The position numbers were made by a program, and so were the translations under genes. Shown here one piece after another: positions 1 through 9,994 of a stretch of DNA of 64,000 bases (within the stretch, counting starts at the first letter, position 1; each line of letters begins with the position of its first letter). The notes under the pieces are model-generated. The model was not told the origin of the DNA, made no database searches, and saw nothing but the letters and a program-made list of their open reading frames with translations. This DNA is from a virus (Duplodnaviria; Caudoviricetes): positions 45,435 through 109,434 of the IMG/VR virus record IMGVR_UViG_2974770163_000001; one strand, 5' to 3'.

Positions 1-602
1 GACTTACCATATTCATAGAACGTCTTGAACCAGTTATTACCACGAGGTGTGGATATGAACAATGCTTTTGAATTAGGTTTGTCAAGTGTTGGCATCAACT
101 GTACTTGGAAGGCATCCCCACCCTTATCAGAAATTGCTGCCTCATCAAATATAATGAAGTCATATGAACGACCAACTGCGGAGTCAGCGTTACCTGCTGA
201 TGCCAGTTTGAATAGTGAGCCATTCGATAACTCAATCTCCTTGTCCTTAGCATTCTCTTTTTCTGTCTTGATACCATGTTTACGAATCAGCCCCTTAATG
301 AGATCCCATCCGATGTTAGCTAATGAATAGTTAGGTGCAATAACTAGCACCAACGTTCCAGGTTCTAGTAACTTTAAGAATCCTAGGTTATATGCAATAA
401 AAGACTTCCCTACACGACGTGATACACAAGCCGTTACAAAACGGTGTCGAGGGTCGTTAAGAGAATTTATAATTGCGATCTGAGGGCGATTAGGTGTAAT
501 GCCCTCTAGATCTAACATACCTTGTACGGATAACTTAAAGAAACTATTATCACCAAAGTCCAGTAGGTCTGTGGTGTTTATGTAGTCTCTAGATACTTCC
601 AT
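1..602 (-). CDS. terL: Terminase large subunit, N-terminal part (runs off window start)
   Basis: Minus-strand frame from ATG 602: MEVSRDYINTTDLLDFG...VSRRVGKS (terminase Walker A); N-terminus resembles T5 TerL; TAATG overlap with terS stop. Confidence 0.93.
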   Translation of the reverse strand, partial: MEVSRDYINTTDLLDFGDNSFFKLSVQGMLDLEGITPNRPQIAIINSLNDPRHRFVTACVSRRVGKSFIAYNLGFLKLLEPGTLVLVIAPNYSLANIGWDLIKGLIRKHGIKTEKENAKDKEIELSNGSLFKLASAGNADSAVGRSYDFIIFDEAAISDKGGDAFQVQLMPTLDKPNSKALFISTPRGNNWFKTFYEYGK

Positions 603-1075
603 TATTTACCTTGTAGTTTAGTAATAAGCGAAGCATAGTTAGGGTCATTAATTACCTGTACGTTAGTTTGGTTGGCTACGACTCTGTTTCCTGCTTGCTT
701 AATCTTCTCAAGCTCTACTTCCATCTTCATCTCGTCCATCTTCATTCTATGGACAGTTTTTAAAATATCCATAATATCTTGATCTGAGCCGAGGCCGGTC
801 TCGTCCATTTGTTCAAGCTTCATGTTGATAATCTTATCTAGGAGAGCGAATAGCTTATGTTTATTCCTAAATCCAGATTCGTTAAACAGAGTACTGATAT
901 ACTGCTTAACTTCTGGCTTGTTATAGATTTTGACCACACCCTCTTTGGGCATATTTAAGGCTACAGCAGCCTTATCAATATCAAAACCATTATTAAAGTA
1001 CGCCTCGACTACCATCATCCCCTCAGGGTCGATGAATTCAGGCGCCAATGCTGTTGGATTAGTTGCTGGTAACAT
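602..1075 (-). CDS. terS: Terminase small subunit
   Basis: 157 aa, immediately upstream of and coupled to terL, as in T5. Confidence 0.85.
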   Translation of the reverse strand: MLPATNPTALAPEFIDPEGMMVVEAYFNNGFDIDKAAVALNMPKEGVVKIYNKPEVKQYISTLFNESGFRNKHKLFALLDKIINMKLEQMDETGLGSDQDIMDILKTVHRMKMDEMKMEVELEKIKQAGNRVVANQTNVQVINDPNYASLITKLQGK

Positions 1076-1084
1076 ATTATTTCC

Positions 1085-2950
1085 TTACGAAAGAGCAGCA
1101 ATGCTCATAGTGTACGCTGGTACGTGAAACTTGGGATTAGCATTAAGAGACTGACCATTACCGCCTTTCTTACCAGGCATCGGGGCACCTCTGTGAGATA
1201 CTGATATCTCCACATTACCATTACCTAAATTCCTGAACCAGAATGCGATATTTGTAAGCCAAGCGTTTACTACGGGATCTGAGAAGTCAGCCCACCCACT
1301 ATCACTCTTATATGATTTTACTTCCATAAATTGCACATATTTATTTATGGGTAGGACAAGAATGCTATGGTCTCCTCCTACATTTGGGACAGTATTACTG
1401 GAGAGCTTCATAATACCACCGCCTACTCTAGCATAATATGCCTCATTTGGCAACCATACTCGAACATCAGTAGTATTGAGGTTCATTATAATTGTGGAAG
1501 ATCTATTTGTAGCTAGGCCTAGTGCTACTGTGGCAATAACCTTGCTTTCGGGATTTGCCAGTGCGATCTCAGATCCCCCGAAAGTAACTCTTTTGGTTGC
1601 CCCAGGAAGTAGTTTAAGCGCCATAGACCCACCTTTCCCCCATATCGTCCGAGTTTGAGTTCCTATAGAATCGGGGGTAATTACCCACCCATTTCCGGAA
1701 TTTTTCATATCTTGAATACCAAGGAAGTTATGTTGGTTTGGTGCTAGACTTACCATGGAGGACCCCGAGGTAGTATTAATACTCCTATCTGAAGCTACCC
1801 CCAATAAGGGCATTGCAGACCTCATATTGGGAAGACCATTACCATCATATGATGGATTAGCATACATATAGGTATAACCAGACCCTGTAGTACTAGGATT
1901 GATTTGATGCAGCATTTTGGCTGCTAAGGTTTTTATAGATACTCCCCCCACCTTAAAGTCATTCCTATCTAGCTTAATCTCCCCTGTTAAAGGGACTATA
2001 TTAGTCAGAGAATACCCTGAGTTAACATTATAAGTTAGATTCAGCTTTCTGATAATAATCTTGGTAAAGGTTACCGTAGGGTAGTCCCACAACTCCATAT
2101 AGCTGGCATTCCGGTTTCCATGCCATTTAGTAGTACCAGAAATAGTACCTAGTTTACGATGATTTAACCACCAGTTAGCGTACCTATCGCGGTCACTATA
2201 ATGCTGCATATCCTTTTCGAATTTCTGTGAAGCGTTAGCTAAAGCCCCTCGGGGGGCTCCTATTAAATTGTTAAATGGAGGTACCAGAATCCCTGAGTAA
2301 GTCCCCCCATAAAATCCTACACGATAGAACTTACTGGTGTCAATGGTTACAAATGAGTTATTATACCCGCACCTCCATAATCTATCCCTAGCAACATTGA
2401 AACTGTTAGCCTCACTATCACCACCAATTCTCATAGTATTGATACCAAAAGAATCTTGATCAAGGGTGGCTTGTCTAATATCAGTAGATTTATTGCCCAC
2501 AAAGAAACCTACATGTACACCTATCCCTGGGCGCATTGTTACATGTAAATCGTAGTCATGGAAGTCCATACGCCCATCCCAGTCATCCCAGGCATCCCCC
2601 GTATCAAACGAGGAGGTTATACTATGGCCATTAATTACTTTAGAGTATTCCTTACCGTTTACTGTGTAGAATACTTCAATAAGTGTAACAGTAGAACTAT
2701 TTTTAATAGCATTTATAGCACCCGCAGGTAGTGACCCTACTTTATACTTGCCAAGAATATTCCAACCACCGTATGTATCTCCCACAGCGGAAGCATCAAA
2801 ATTTGTTAGTGGAATAGTCCATTCATCAGTGATGAACACATGTGGCATTGAGGAGTGAAAAATAGTATCATTGCCAACCCCATTTCTAGCATCACTGGAT
2901 TCGGTTAAATGTAGGACAGTACCAGGACTCCCTTTTGCGTAAAAACCCAT
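1085..2950 (-). CDS. oad: Receptor-binding tail tip protein (T5 pb5/Oad-like)
   Basis: 621 aa; N-terminal TIFHSSMPHVFI resembles pb5 TIFHSDMSHV; position next to terS. Confidence 0.85.
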   Translation of the reverse strand: MGFYAKGSPGTVLHLTESSDARNGVGNDTIFHSSMPHVFITDEWTIPLTNFDASAVGDTYGGWNILGKYKVGSLPAGAINAIKNSSTVTLIEVFYTVNGKEYSKVINGHSITSSFDTGDAWDDWDGRMDFHDYDLHVTMRPGIGVHVGFFVGNKSTDIRQATLDQDSFGINTMRIGGDSEANSFNVARDRLWRCGYNNSFVTIDTSKFYRVGFYGGTYSGILVPPFNNLIGAPRGALANASQKFEKDMQHYSDRDRYANWWLNHRKLGTISGTTKWHGNRNASYMELWDYPTVTFTKIIIRKLNLTYNVNSGYSLTNIVPLTGEIKLDRNDFKVGGVSIKTLAAKMLHQINPSTTGSGYTYMYANPSYDGNGLPNMRSAMPLLGVASDRSINTTSGSSMVSLAPNQHNFLGIQDMKNSGNGWVITPDSIGTQTRTIWGKGGSMALKLLPGATKRVTFGGSEIALANPESKVIATVALGLATNRSSTIIMNLNTTDVRVWLPNEAYYARVGGGIMKLSSNTVPNVGGDHSILVLPINKYVQFMEVKSYKSDSGWADFSDPVVNAWLTNIAFWFRNLGNGNVEISVSHRGAPMPGKKGGNGQSLNANPKFHVPAYTMSIAALS

Positions 2951-2978
2951 GTTTTCTCCTTAATAATTAAAAAATTAG

Positions 2979-3007
2979 TTGCGTTCTGCCTCAATTCCTG
3001 ATATAAT
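2979..3007 (+). promoter_or_regulatory. Sigma70-type promoter
   Basis: TTGCGT-17-TATAAT followed by ATTTATATAAATT as in the other strong promoters. Confidence 0.75.
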
Positions 3008-3114
3008 ATTTATATAAATTAAAGAAGCAAATCGATAATAAACTAATTATACAACAGATTTGCCACGATGTAAAGAACATTTTTAAAATCAATCTAGACA
3101 AAAAGAGGTATAGT

Positions 3115-3636
3115 ATGGAAGTTATTTATAAAACATTTAATGGTACTGCTAGGACCGATTTAATACTAAGGGGTGAGAGAGCTAACCTGCTCAAATTTGA
3201 CCAATCACACATCTTAGGCGAAGTACTAAAGGTAACACCAGTTCACAATTTGACAAACAGACTAATAGATCTGTATATTGTGTTCAACAATAAGGAAGCT
3301 ACCGTTATAAAAGAAGTAACAAGTTATGAAATAAGAGGTGAGTACGGAGAATACAAGGATTCTTGTGAATTGTACCTCTTACCACCAATACCCAAAGGAC
3401 CTGCATGGAAAGCAGAACAGCAGCTTCTATCCGAGCACTCAGCGGAGATAATAAGACTCTTCAACAGCTACGAAGATCTAGATGAGAAGAAGCTAGATGA
3501 GATACATACTCGTCATGAGAAGTTAGAGAGGGAGGCTAGAGAAGCGGCAAGGATTGAGTTTGCTAAAAGCTTCTCCGCTGCGAAAGATCAGTTAATAAGT
3601 TGGATTAAGCCTCTAGGATGGAGTATAGTACAATGA
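3115..3636 (+). CDS. Hypothetical protein at the position occupied by llp in T5; no lipobox
   Basis: 173 aa ORF with GAGG RBS downstream of a promoter. Confidence 0.75.
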   Translation: MEVIYKTFNGTARTDLILRGERANLLKFDQSHILGEVLKVTPVHNLTNRLIDLYIVFNNKEATVIKEVTSYEIRGEYGEYKDSCELYLLPPIPKGPAWKAEQQLLSEHSAEIIRLFNSYEDLDEKKLDEIHTRHEKLEREAREAARIEFAKSFSAAKDQLISWIKPLGWSIVQ

Positions 3637-4252
3637 CAACTATACTTGTTATAATTATATTCGAGATATGTATATCTTCTACAATACTTAGCTAGGATAT
3701 GTTATGGGAATCTTAGAAATTACAGCCATAGTAGGTTTAGTATATGTGGTTATAGGACTACTTACCTGGGCAGCTCACAGAGGAGTATACTAGATGATAC
3801 CAGCTTGGGTATTAGGAGCAGTAATTGGTGGGGTAACAATCAGTATACCGTTAGCCTTATTTGTAGGAGCATGCTACGATGATTAGTTATCCGTTATTAA
3901 TAGTTTGTGCAGTAGCTGGATCTATAGTTGGCGCATGTTTGGGCATAACTGGGTATATGCCTTTAATTCTACGATTAGCAGGTAAACATGAGGAGAAACA
4001 TAAAGATGCGGAAGTCTGATGATGGGAAAAGCATAATCTTCACTGAAAGTGAAGCCATGTGGTTCTTCCTCCTGTTCCCAGGCATATGGTTTACCTTAGT
4101 TCTTGGTGGAATAGCAATTCTGTTACCATTCTTTATTTAGACTTAGTGAGGCTTTTATGGACGTAGTGAAACTTTTAGAGATTGTAGTGGGTTTTGGTGG
4201 GATGGCATTAGTCTTCTTACACTATAACGACTTGTGGATCTTTCGTAAGTAG
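3633..4252 (+). other. Six tandem small hydrophobic ORFs (3633-3695, 3704-3793, 3794-3886, 3879-4019, 4006-4140, 4157-4252)
   Basis: 20-46 aa each, one hydrophobic segment each, GGAG/AGGA/GAGG RBS, abutting or overlapping start/stop codons. Confidence 0.7.
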
Positions 4253-4268
4253 TAGTGAGACTTTAGTG

Positions 4269-4442
4269 AGACGCCTAAAGACTCTTTCATCGAAAAATCT
4301 TGATGCTTATAGACCATTGAGTGTGGTAGAACCGTTTAGACGCCTAAAGACCTTTCATCGAAAAATCCTGATGCCAAGTTCCCATTGAACGTGGTAGAAC
4401 CGTTTAGACGCCTAAAGACTAATTCATCGAAAAATCCTGATG
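4269..4442. repeat. Tandem repeat, ~68-bp unit, 2.5 copies
   Basis: AGACGCCTAAAGAC...TTCATCGAAAAATCYTGATG starts at 4269, 4338 and 4406. Confidence 0.95.
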
Positions 4443-4520
4443 GGTTACGTGTGGGTGTGTGCAATAGGGGTGGGGGCTTGGGCTAGTCTCCGAACCGCCC
4501 CCTATTGTATCACGGTTGCT

Positions 4521-4760
4521 TTAGTTTGTCAACGGTTGCACACTCAAAAGATTTGTAAAGTTTTGTAAGATAATTCTTAAAGCTAGGTCTTTACTATTTG
4601 GGCTACCATCTGACAAAGCACTTGATGCTATATCTATAATGGCATCAGCCGCTACCCGATTAATAACTAAGTAACCTTTAGCATTTAATTCTACTACTAA
4701 TTGATTAAGTTGTTCTTGGCTCATTTCTTTGTTAGGGCTTAATTCGATAACGTTTGACAT
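4521..4760 (-). CDS. Pre-early hypothetical protein
   Basis: ORF with GAGG RBS before MSNVIELS. Confidence 0.65.
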   Translation of the reverse strand: MSNVIELSPNKEMSQEQLNQLVVELNAKGYLVINRVAADAIIDIASSALSDGSPNSKDLALRIILQNFTNLLSVQPLTN

Positions 4761-4856
4761 AATGACCTCACACAATTTAAGAATATTGATATTAGCTGGT
4801 TAACGTCTAACTAAGTAACTAACTAGGGCTAACCAACTAATAGAGATTATATCAAA

Positions 4857-5591
4857 CTAGGCAGAAATAGCAACCAGTTTATTAAACTTACTGCTTAAAT
4901 AGTCTCTTTCTTCCTGAGTATAACTACACCATGCCGTTTCGATATGTTCCGCTAATGCTTCAGGGTCGTGTAGTTCTTCCATCACTTGATCAATGAATTG
5001 TTCACCAGCCATGCGATAACCAACGTTTAACACGTCATTAACAAGCGTAGCATCTACAACTTGAAAGCCCATTTCACGAGCAACAGATAACACGCCTTGA
5101 TGATCATCGTAAACGGTTATAACAGCGTTTGGATACATAGCTTGCAAGATTTCAAAGTATTTCCGCTTATATTCAGCATCACGGCTATAATAAACGTCTT
5201 TGATATCTTCAAGGGCAAAATAACGGGCTAAGGTAGTTCTGCTCATGATACTGGCGGCTTGCGGTTTATTAGTTGTTAAACCTTGTTTGCGTAGGTAGTA
5301 ATAATCGGATTTATACATTGTTCTGGCTGTTACTATTACGTTATGAGTATCACCCTTATTGATATTCTCTTTCATGACAGCCGCTAAGGGTAGCAGTGTA
5401 TCAGCTTGTACTAGCTCATGAGTACAAGCATTTTGGATATATCCAGTTAAATCTAGGTTGCCCGTTTCTTCGTCTAGGTATGGTCTAACACGATGAAAGC
5501 TATTTATTACAGTGCCATCAAGGTCAAAGATATTAAGAAACTTGATATCATTAAATACTCGTGTTTGTTGCATGGTTGTTACCTCTCGCAT
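4857..5591 (-). CDS. dmp: Deoxynucleoside-5'-monophosphatase (HAD family)
   Basis: IFDLDGTVINS HAD motif I, YDD motif IV; first conserved T5 pre-early gene; true start may be ATG 5573. Confidence 0.9.
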   Translation of the reverse strand: MREVTTMQQTRVFNDIKFLNIFDLDGTVINSFHRVRPYLDEETGNLDLTGYIQNACTHELVQADTLLPLAAVMKENINKGDTHNVIVTARTMYKSDYYYLRKQGLTTNKPQAASIMSRTTLARYFALEDIKDVYYSRDAEYKRKYFEILQAMYPNAVITVYDDHQGVLSVAREMGFQVVDATLVNDVLNVGYRMAGEQFIDQVMEELHDPEALAEHIETAWCSYTQEERDYLSSKFNKLVAISA

Positions 5592-5659
5592 TTAAGCGGT
5601 TTATTTTTGGAGTTCTAAGTATAAAGAAAGCCCCTGAGTATATCAAGGGCTTAACAGTG

Positions 5660-6124
5660 TTATTCTTCGGTGAACAAAGCAGGCTGAACAGGATTAATAA
5701 AAGTTACTTTAATTTTGTAAGGGCTTTCGCTTCTAGCATTAATAGGTGATACTAGCACTTGCCAGCCAGCTTCTACAAAGTCCGCTAGGTCTGAGAATAA
5801 AAAATCACTCTCTGTCATTAATACAATAACTTCGGTTACATTAACCTTAGTCGTATCAATATCAATAAAGGAGTAATAATCCTCTAATGATTTTGCAACA
5901 TTTTCTATATGTTGAGTAGGCAAGCCACCCGTTACACCCTCCGCAATGTTGCCAAAAATACGGGGTAAAGCCGATTCGATAGCAGCCGCAACGCTTGCCG
6001 CTTCTTGGTCGTTGTTGATCAAGCCTTTACCATAACGAATAATTGAGCCGTCAACAATGTTAATATTCTCAATAGCCCCGTTGTCAAATGTTTTGCCGTT
6101 GCTGTATACAGTGATCATTTTCAT
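5660..6124 (-). CDS. Pre-early hypothetical protein
   Basis: 154 aa ORF in the A2-A1-dmp operon. Confidence 0.75.
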   Translation of the reverse strand: MKMITVYSNGKTFDNGAIENINIVDGSIIRYGKGLINNDQEAASVAAAIESALPRIFGNIAEGVTGGLPTQHIENVAKSLEDYYSFIDIDTTKVNVTEVIVLMTESDFLFSDLADFVEAGWQVLVSPINARSESPYKIKVTFINPVQPALFTEE

Positions 6125-6146
6125 GGTTGTTCTCTCTTATTAAGGT

Positions 6147-6347
6147 TTATTCGATTTCGTAGCCATCACTATCTAGGATAGTAGAATCTACATTTTCGTT
6201 AAGTTGTTCTTGCTCCGCTTCGGTACGGATAGCGGCTTGCTGATCATATGTTAAGGAGTTCCATTCTTCAACGGATAACCCCGTTTCTACAACGTGGGCA
6301 GCCCCTAGCCCATAACCAAAAGTAACATGAATGTTAACAGTTTTCAT
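6147..6347 (-). CDS. Pre-early hypothetical protein
   Basis: 66 aa, abuts upstream ORF, AGGA RBS. Confidence 0.7.
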   Translation of the reverse strand: MKTVNIHVTFGYGLGAAHVVETGLSVEEWNSLTYDQQAAIRTEAEQEQLNENVDSTILDSDGYEIE

Positions 6348-6578
6348 TTAATTGTATTCCTGTTTAATTCGTGCTATTTGGTGCATTGGGTAAAAGTATT
6401 CAGTATCGGGCGTGTCAGTGAAACTCACAAACAAGCCAGCCGTGTCAATATCAACGGTATCGACATTCTCAAATACTACCTCTTTTGCATCTTCTTTAAG
6501 AAAGCCGTTAGCTTTTAACTTAGACATAACAGCATCAATAAAGATAACCTTAACAACAGTTACATGTTTCATATTCAT
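6348..6578 (-). CDS. Pre-early hypothetical protein
   Basis: 76 aa, GGAG RBS. Confidence 0.7.
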   Translation of the reverse strand: MNMKHVTVVKVIFIDAVMSKLKANGFLKEDAKEVVFENVDTVDIDTAGLFVSFTDTPDTEYFYPMHQIARIKQEYN

Positions 6579-6634
6579 TGCTCCAATGGTAGCCCCTACA
6601 CAATATAGGGGCGTTGGGTTTAAATTTAAATTAA

Positions 6635-8398
6635 TTAAGCGCGATACTTGCCATTTGTAATTCTTACTAGCTGGCGTTGCCCGTTGTTATAGGTAATCAA
6701 GTGCGTTTGAGTCCAGCTAGAAGCCCCGATATTATAGCCCATATCTAATGAGCCAGCAACTCCAGCAGTGTAACATAAGCCGTTTACGCTTGCACTATGA
6801 GTGTGACCAGTATTTAAGCGTCCTAACTTCGCAAACTGTTTTGGATTCCCTCGTGAGCCATTAGCCCCAACATGACCATGACAGCCCATTTCTACGCCAG
6901 CGACCTTGAAAGATTCGTCAACAACTAAGAAGCGTATTTGCTCGGCATTCTCTAGCTTAGCTATCTTTTTAAGCCCTACTTCTAGCGCATTCCAGCCACT
7001 GGCGGATTTATGTTCCGCAATATGGCGATATTTATCAAGGTTCATTTCATGATAGAGAATGGCGTTAGCAGGATCTAGCCCTATATTAACATCCCATGCT
7101 TTCAACCAATTTGCTAGGGCTAAATCGTGGTTTGACTCAACGACAACTATCTCACTAAATGGGCGCATGATATCGCGGAAAATGTTAGCCGTATCAATGA
7201 GATCTTGTTTAACGCTTTCTTGCCCTAAATAATAACGCTCCGCAATAAAATCATAATCACGTCTATTGTGATGATTTCGGCTTGTAAAGTCGTGGCTATC
7301 ATGACAGATAGTAAACTTAGGCTTTAACAAGTCAATCATCGACGGGTAGCCATGCAAGCCAGCACCCCATGAACAAGCCGCTACAACATGATCAATCTTT
7401 TCTGCATGAAGATCACCGAACTGTAAAGCAGAAACATGATTTTCAGCTCTAAACACTTGATCACTTGTTACATAAGTATCAAGATCATAAAACGAGCCAT
7501 CATCATTCATGCATTGTAAATGGCGTATAAATGGCGTGTCGTTATCGTCGAATTCTACTAAGATTGCACCATAGCAATGCAATGATTCTGCTTTCTGACC
7601 AGCTAGGCGCTGAATATAATTTCGATGCGTAACCGTTCCCGTTGTAGTTAACTCTCTAACTAGCTCACCTTTTAGAGCAGGAATATTAAACATCTGATAC
7701 TTGGCAGCAGGTACAACCGCATGATGATTGCCTATAATGCTTTCAATGCCTGTTAATGGGTTAATAGCAGTAGGGGAAATGCATAAAGCACCTAAGAAAG
7801 ATACTTTCTTGCTTTCGCCTAGAAACACGTTTTCCTCAACAAAATAAGGGGTTAATTCTGGCGCATACCACAATGAATCATCTTGCGCGGTCGGATTCGC
7901 GTAGCCTTTCTTGTTATATGCAAATTTAGAGATGATTAATTCAGCCCCTAAATATTCTGCATACGTTTCTAAGGATTTCAGGAAAGGCACGTTAACAGAC
8001 GTGTTATTTTGAGCCGTTGTCAAAATAAATGCCTTGCCTGATTTAACTTGCCATTTTGATTGAGCAGGTTTGAGCGAGCCACCATATACAGGCAAATCAG
8101 GGTTATCAGCTTTACGGGCTTTAGCCTTTGTTACTGGCTTGTTCTCATTCAGCCATACTCTGATAGCAGCCGTGAATTCTGGTTTAATGACTTGCTCCCC
8201 GTCCTCGGTGTCATACGCTAGATTTTCCGCTATAACATCCGCTAAACTAGACAGGGCAAACGCTTCGTTTGCCGTTTTATCTTTTACGGATTCTAGGCGT
8301 TTTCCATAGTAATTAACGCCTTTAGCGCATTCTAGCAGGTCAGCCGCCAGATTTTTATCTGCTAATAGGTCTGAAATAGTTTTTAAAATGGGATTCAT
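6635..8398 (-). CDS. A1: A1 protein (host DNA degradation / second-step transfer nuclease)
   Basis: 587 aa; TTAQNNT plus metallophosphoesterase motifs GDLH, SNHD, HGH, GHTHS; between dmp and A2. Confidence 0.92.
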   Translation of the reverse strand: MNPILKTISDLLADKNLAADLLECAKGVNYYGKRLESVKDKTANEAFALSSLADVIAENLAYDTEDGEQVIKPEFTAAIRVWLNENKPVTKAKARKADNPDLPVYGGSLKPAQSKWQVKSGKAFILTTAQNNTSVNVPFLKSLETYAEYLGAELIISKFAYNKKGYANPTAQDDSLWYAPELTPYFVEENVFLGESKKVSFLGALCISPTAINPLTGIESIIGNHHAVVPAAKYQMFNIPALKGELVRELTTTGTVTHRNYIQRLAGQKAESLHCYGAILVEFDDNDTPFIRHLQCMNDDGSFYDLDTYVTSDQVFRAENHVSALQFGDLHAEKIDHVVAACSWGAGLHGYPSMIDLLKPKFTICHDSHDFTSRNHHNRRDYDFIAERYYLGQESVKQDLIDTANIFRDIMRPFSEIVVVESNHDLALANWLKAWDVNIGLDPANAILYHEMNLDKYRHIAEHKSASGWNALEVGLKKIAKLENAEQIRFLVVDESFKVAGVEMGCHGHVGANGSRGNPKQFAKLGRLNTGHTHSASVNGLCYTAGVAGSLDMGYNIGASSWTQTHLITYNNGQRQLVRITNGKYRA

Positions 8399-8473
8399 TT
8401 ATATAGCTCCTAATTAAAGGGTTTTAGTGGTAACGAACTAGCCACCTCCGAAAAGGTGACTAGGGCGAATCAC

Positions 8474-8938
8474 TTATAAGCGATCGATGCCGTTTTCTTC
8501 CATAATGCCCTGTAATACATCATCAGGACATACCTTTTTAACAATCATAATGATTGTATCAAGGTTGGCTTTTTCAAGACTAGCCCAATCGTCTTTTTCT
8601 TGATCGTTGTCGGACATATCACGCTGAAGGGCACGAATCAGAGTGATTTTTTGTAATTTCTTACCGCCGCCAACTGGCTGCTTTACTTCAAGGGCACGAT
8701 AAATTTTGTTGCCGTTTTCATCTTTAGAAGATGACAACTTAGTACGGACAGCCGTAGCCGTGTACGTTTCACCATCACCGCTAATTTGTTCACCGATAGA
8801 CGCTAGATTATCGACAGCGTTTGCCGCTGTGATTTCCGCATCAGTTGGGGCGGTTGGGTCAGCAAATGCCGCTAAATATAAATCGATAGCTTTTGCGGTT
8901 ACTTCTTCATTCCAGCGTTTTTTAGATGGAGTAGACAT
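8474..8938 (-). CDS. A2: A2 DNA-binding protein
   Basis: WNEE..KA..Y, VRTKLSS, VGGG, ASLEKA motifs shared with T5 A2; directly upstream of A1. Confidence 0.88.
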   Translation of the reverse strand: MSTPSKKRWNEEVTAKAIDLYLAAFADPTAPTDAEITAANAVDNLASIGEQISGDGETYTATAVRTKLSSSKDENGNKIYRALEVKQPVGGGKKLQKITLIRALQRDMSDNDQEKDDWASLEKANLDTIIMIVKKVCPDDVLQGIMEENGIDRL

Positions 8939-9137
8939 AATTTAATACCTCATTTTTCATGGTTTAAGTTTAAGTTATACACTTCTCATTAGTGTATTAT
9001 GAATAGAGCCTGTCTGTCAAGCCCTATTAATTACACTATCAAGAGGAGTCTAAGCAATGGCAACTGCTTAATGAAGCCCTGAATTTCAAGGCTTGTTTAA
9101 GCATCCAATCTTAGCTATTTCACCGTGTTTTCCGTAT

Positions 9138-9204
9138 TGTTAAAGAGCGTGGTTAGTTGCCTAACCTTTGAATCTATCTTATATCAGCCGCCTGGTTAAG
9201 TCAA
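9138..9204 (-). promoter_or_regulatory. Pre-early promoter with boxB-like hairpin and boxA
   Basis: TTGACT-17-TAAGAT; hairpin GGTTAG-GCAA-CTAACC; boxA CGCTCTTTAACA (9138-9149). Confidence 0.8.
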
Positions 9205-9208
9205 GCGT

Positions 9209-9508
9209 TTATTTCCAAATACTTCTATTAATGCTTTGTTGCGATTCTATCGTTTCTACAACTTGAATCACTATACCTAGATTATGCCATGCTTCGCTTG
9301 CCTTGTCAAACAGTTTTTTATCACCGTTGAAATACTGATCTAGCGTAGCTTTGTAAGCGTTGCGAATTATCTTAGCTTCTTTCTTAAGCCTTGTCAAGTC
9401 AATTTTATGATCAATTCGCTCGGTTAACGCTTCGTTTGCTGTTATGCCTTGTGAAGCTACTAAGGTACATAACACTTGGTTAAAAGATTGTTTTGCCATG
9501 TTTGCCAT
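9209..9508 (-). CDS. Pre-early hypothetical protein
   Basis: 99 aa, own promoter. Confidence 0.7.
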   Translation of the reverse strand: MANMAKQSFNQVLCTLVASQGITANEALTERIDHKIDLTRLKKEAKIIRNAYKATLDQYFNGDKKLFDKASEAWHNLGIVIQVVETIESQQSINRSIWK

Positions 9509-9546
9509 TCCTCAATAGTTGGGTAGGCGGCTGATATAAGTTAGAT

Positions 9547-9603
9547 TATTAAAGAGCGTGTTTCTATGGTTAGTATCTTAAAGCCTAGTAAAGTTTTTGT
9601 CAA
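9547..9603 (-). promoter_or_regulatory. Pre-early promoter with boxA
   Basis: TTGACA-17-TAAGAT; CGCTCTTTAATA at 9547-9558. Confidence 0.8.
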
Positions 9604-9945
9604 TTACTTATTTGAGTATTGCATAACATTTTCAATATATACGATTCTAGCCGCTATATATAAGCAACGATAGAATCGTAAAGCTAACTGATCTTTACAT
9701 ATCCCATAGTGAGTGGGCATTTTTGACGCTTCGGGAAATTTTTCTTCTAGGTCTGATAATAAGCGAACTAATGAAGCCCATTTAACAGAACCATTATCAA
9801 GCCCCTTTTCAAGATCTAACATGATGCAAGTTGCTACCTTATCGATATCATTTCTAACCACTATAGGAAATGATAATAATTCTAGTATTAACTGTAATGT
9901 ATCATTGCTTAAAAAGGTTGCTTTAATCTTTCTTACTTTTGCCAT
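9604..9945 (-). CDS. Pre-early hypothetical protein
   Basis: 113 aa, GGAG RBS. Confidence 0.7.
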   Translation of the reverse strand: MAKVRKIKATFLSNDTLQLILELLSFPIVVRNDIDKVATCIMLDLEKGLDNGSVKWASLVRLLSDLEEKFPEASKMPTHYGICKDQLALRFYRCLYIAARIVYIENVMQYSNK

Positions 9946-9994
9946 TTGTACTTACTCCGATAGTATACACTAGGCTTTAAGATACTAACCGTAT

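Noticed and set aside
4269-4442. Possible CRISPR array
   Set aside because: The intervening segments are themselves similar, so this is a tandem repeat; only 2.5 units and no cas genes
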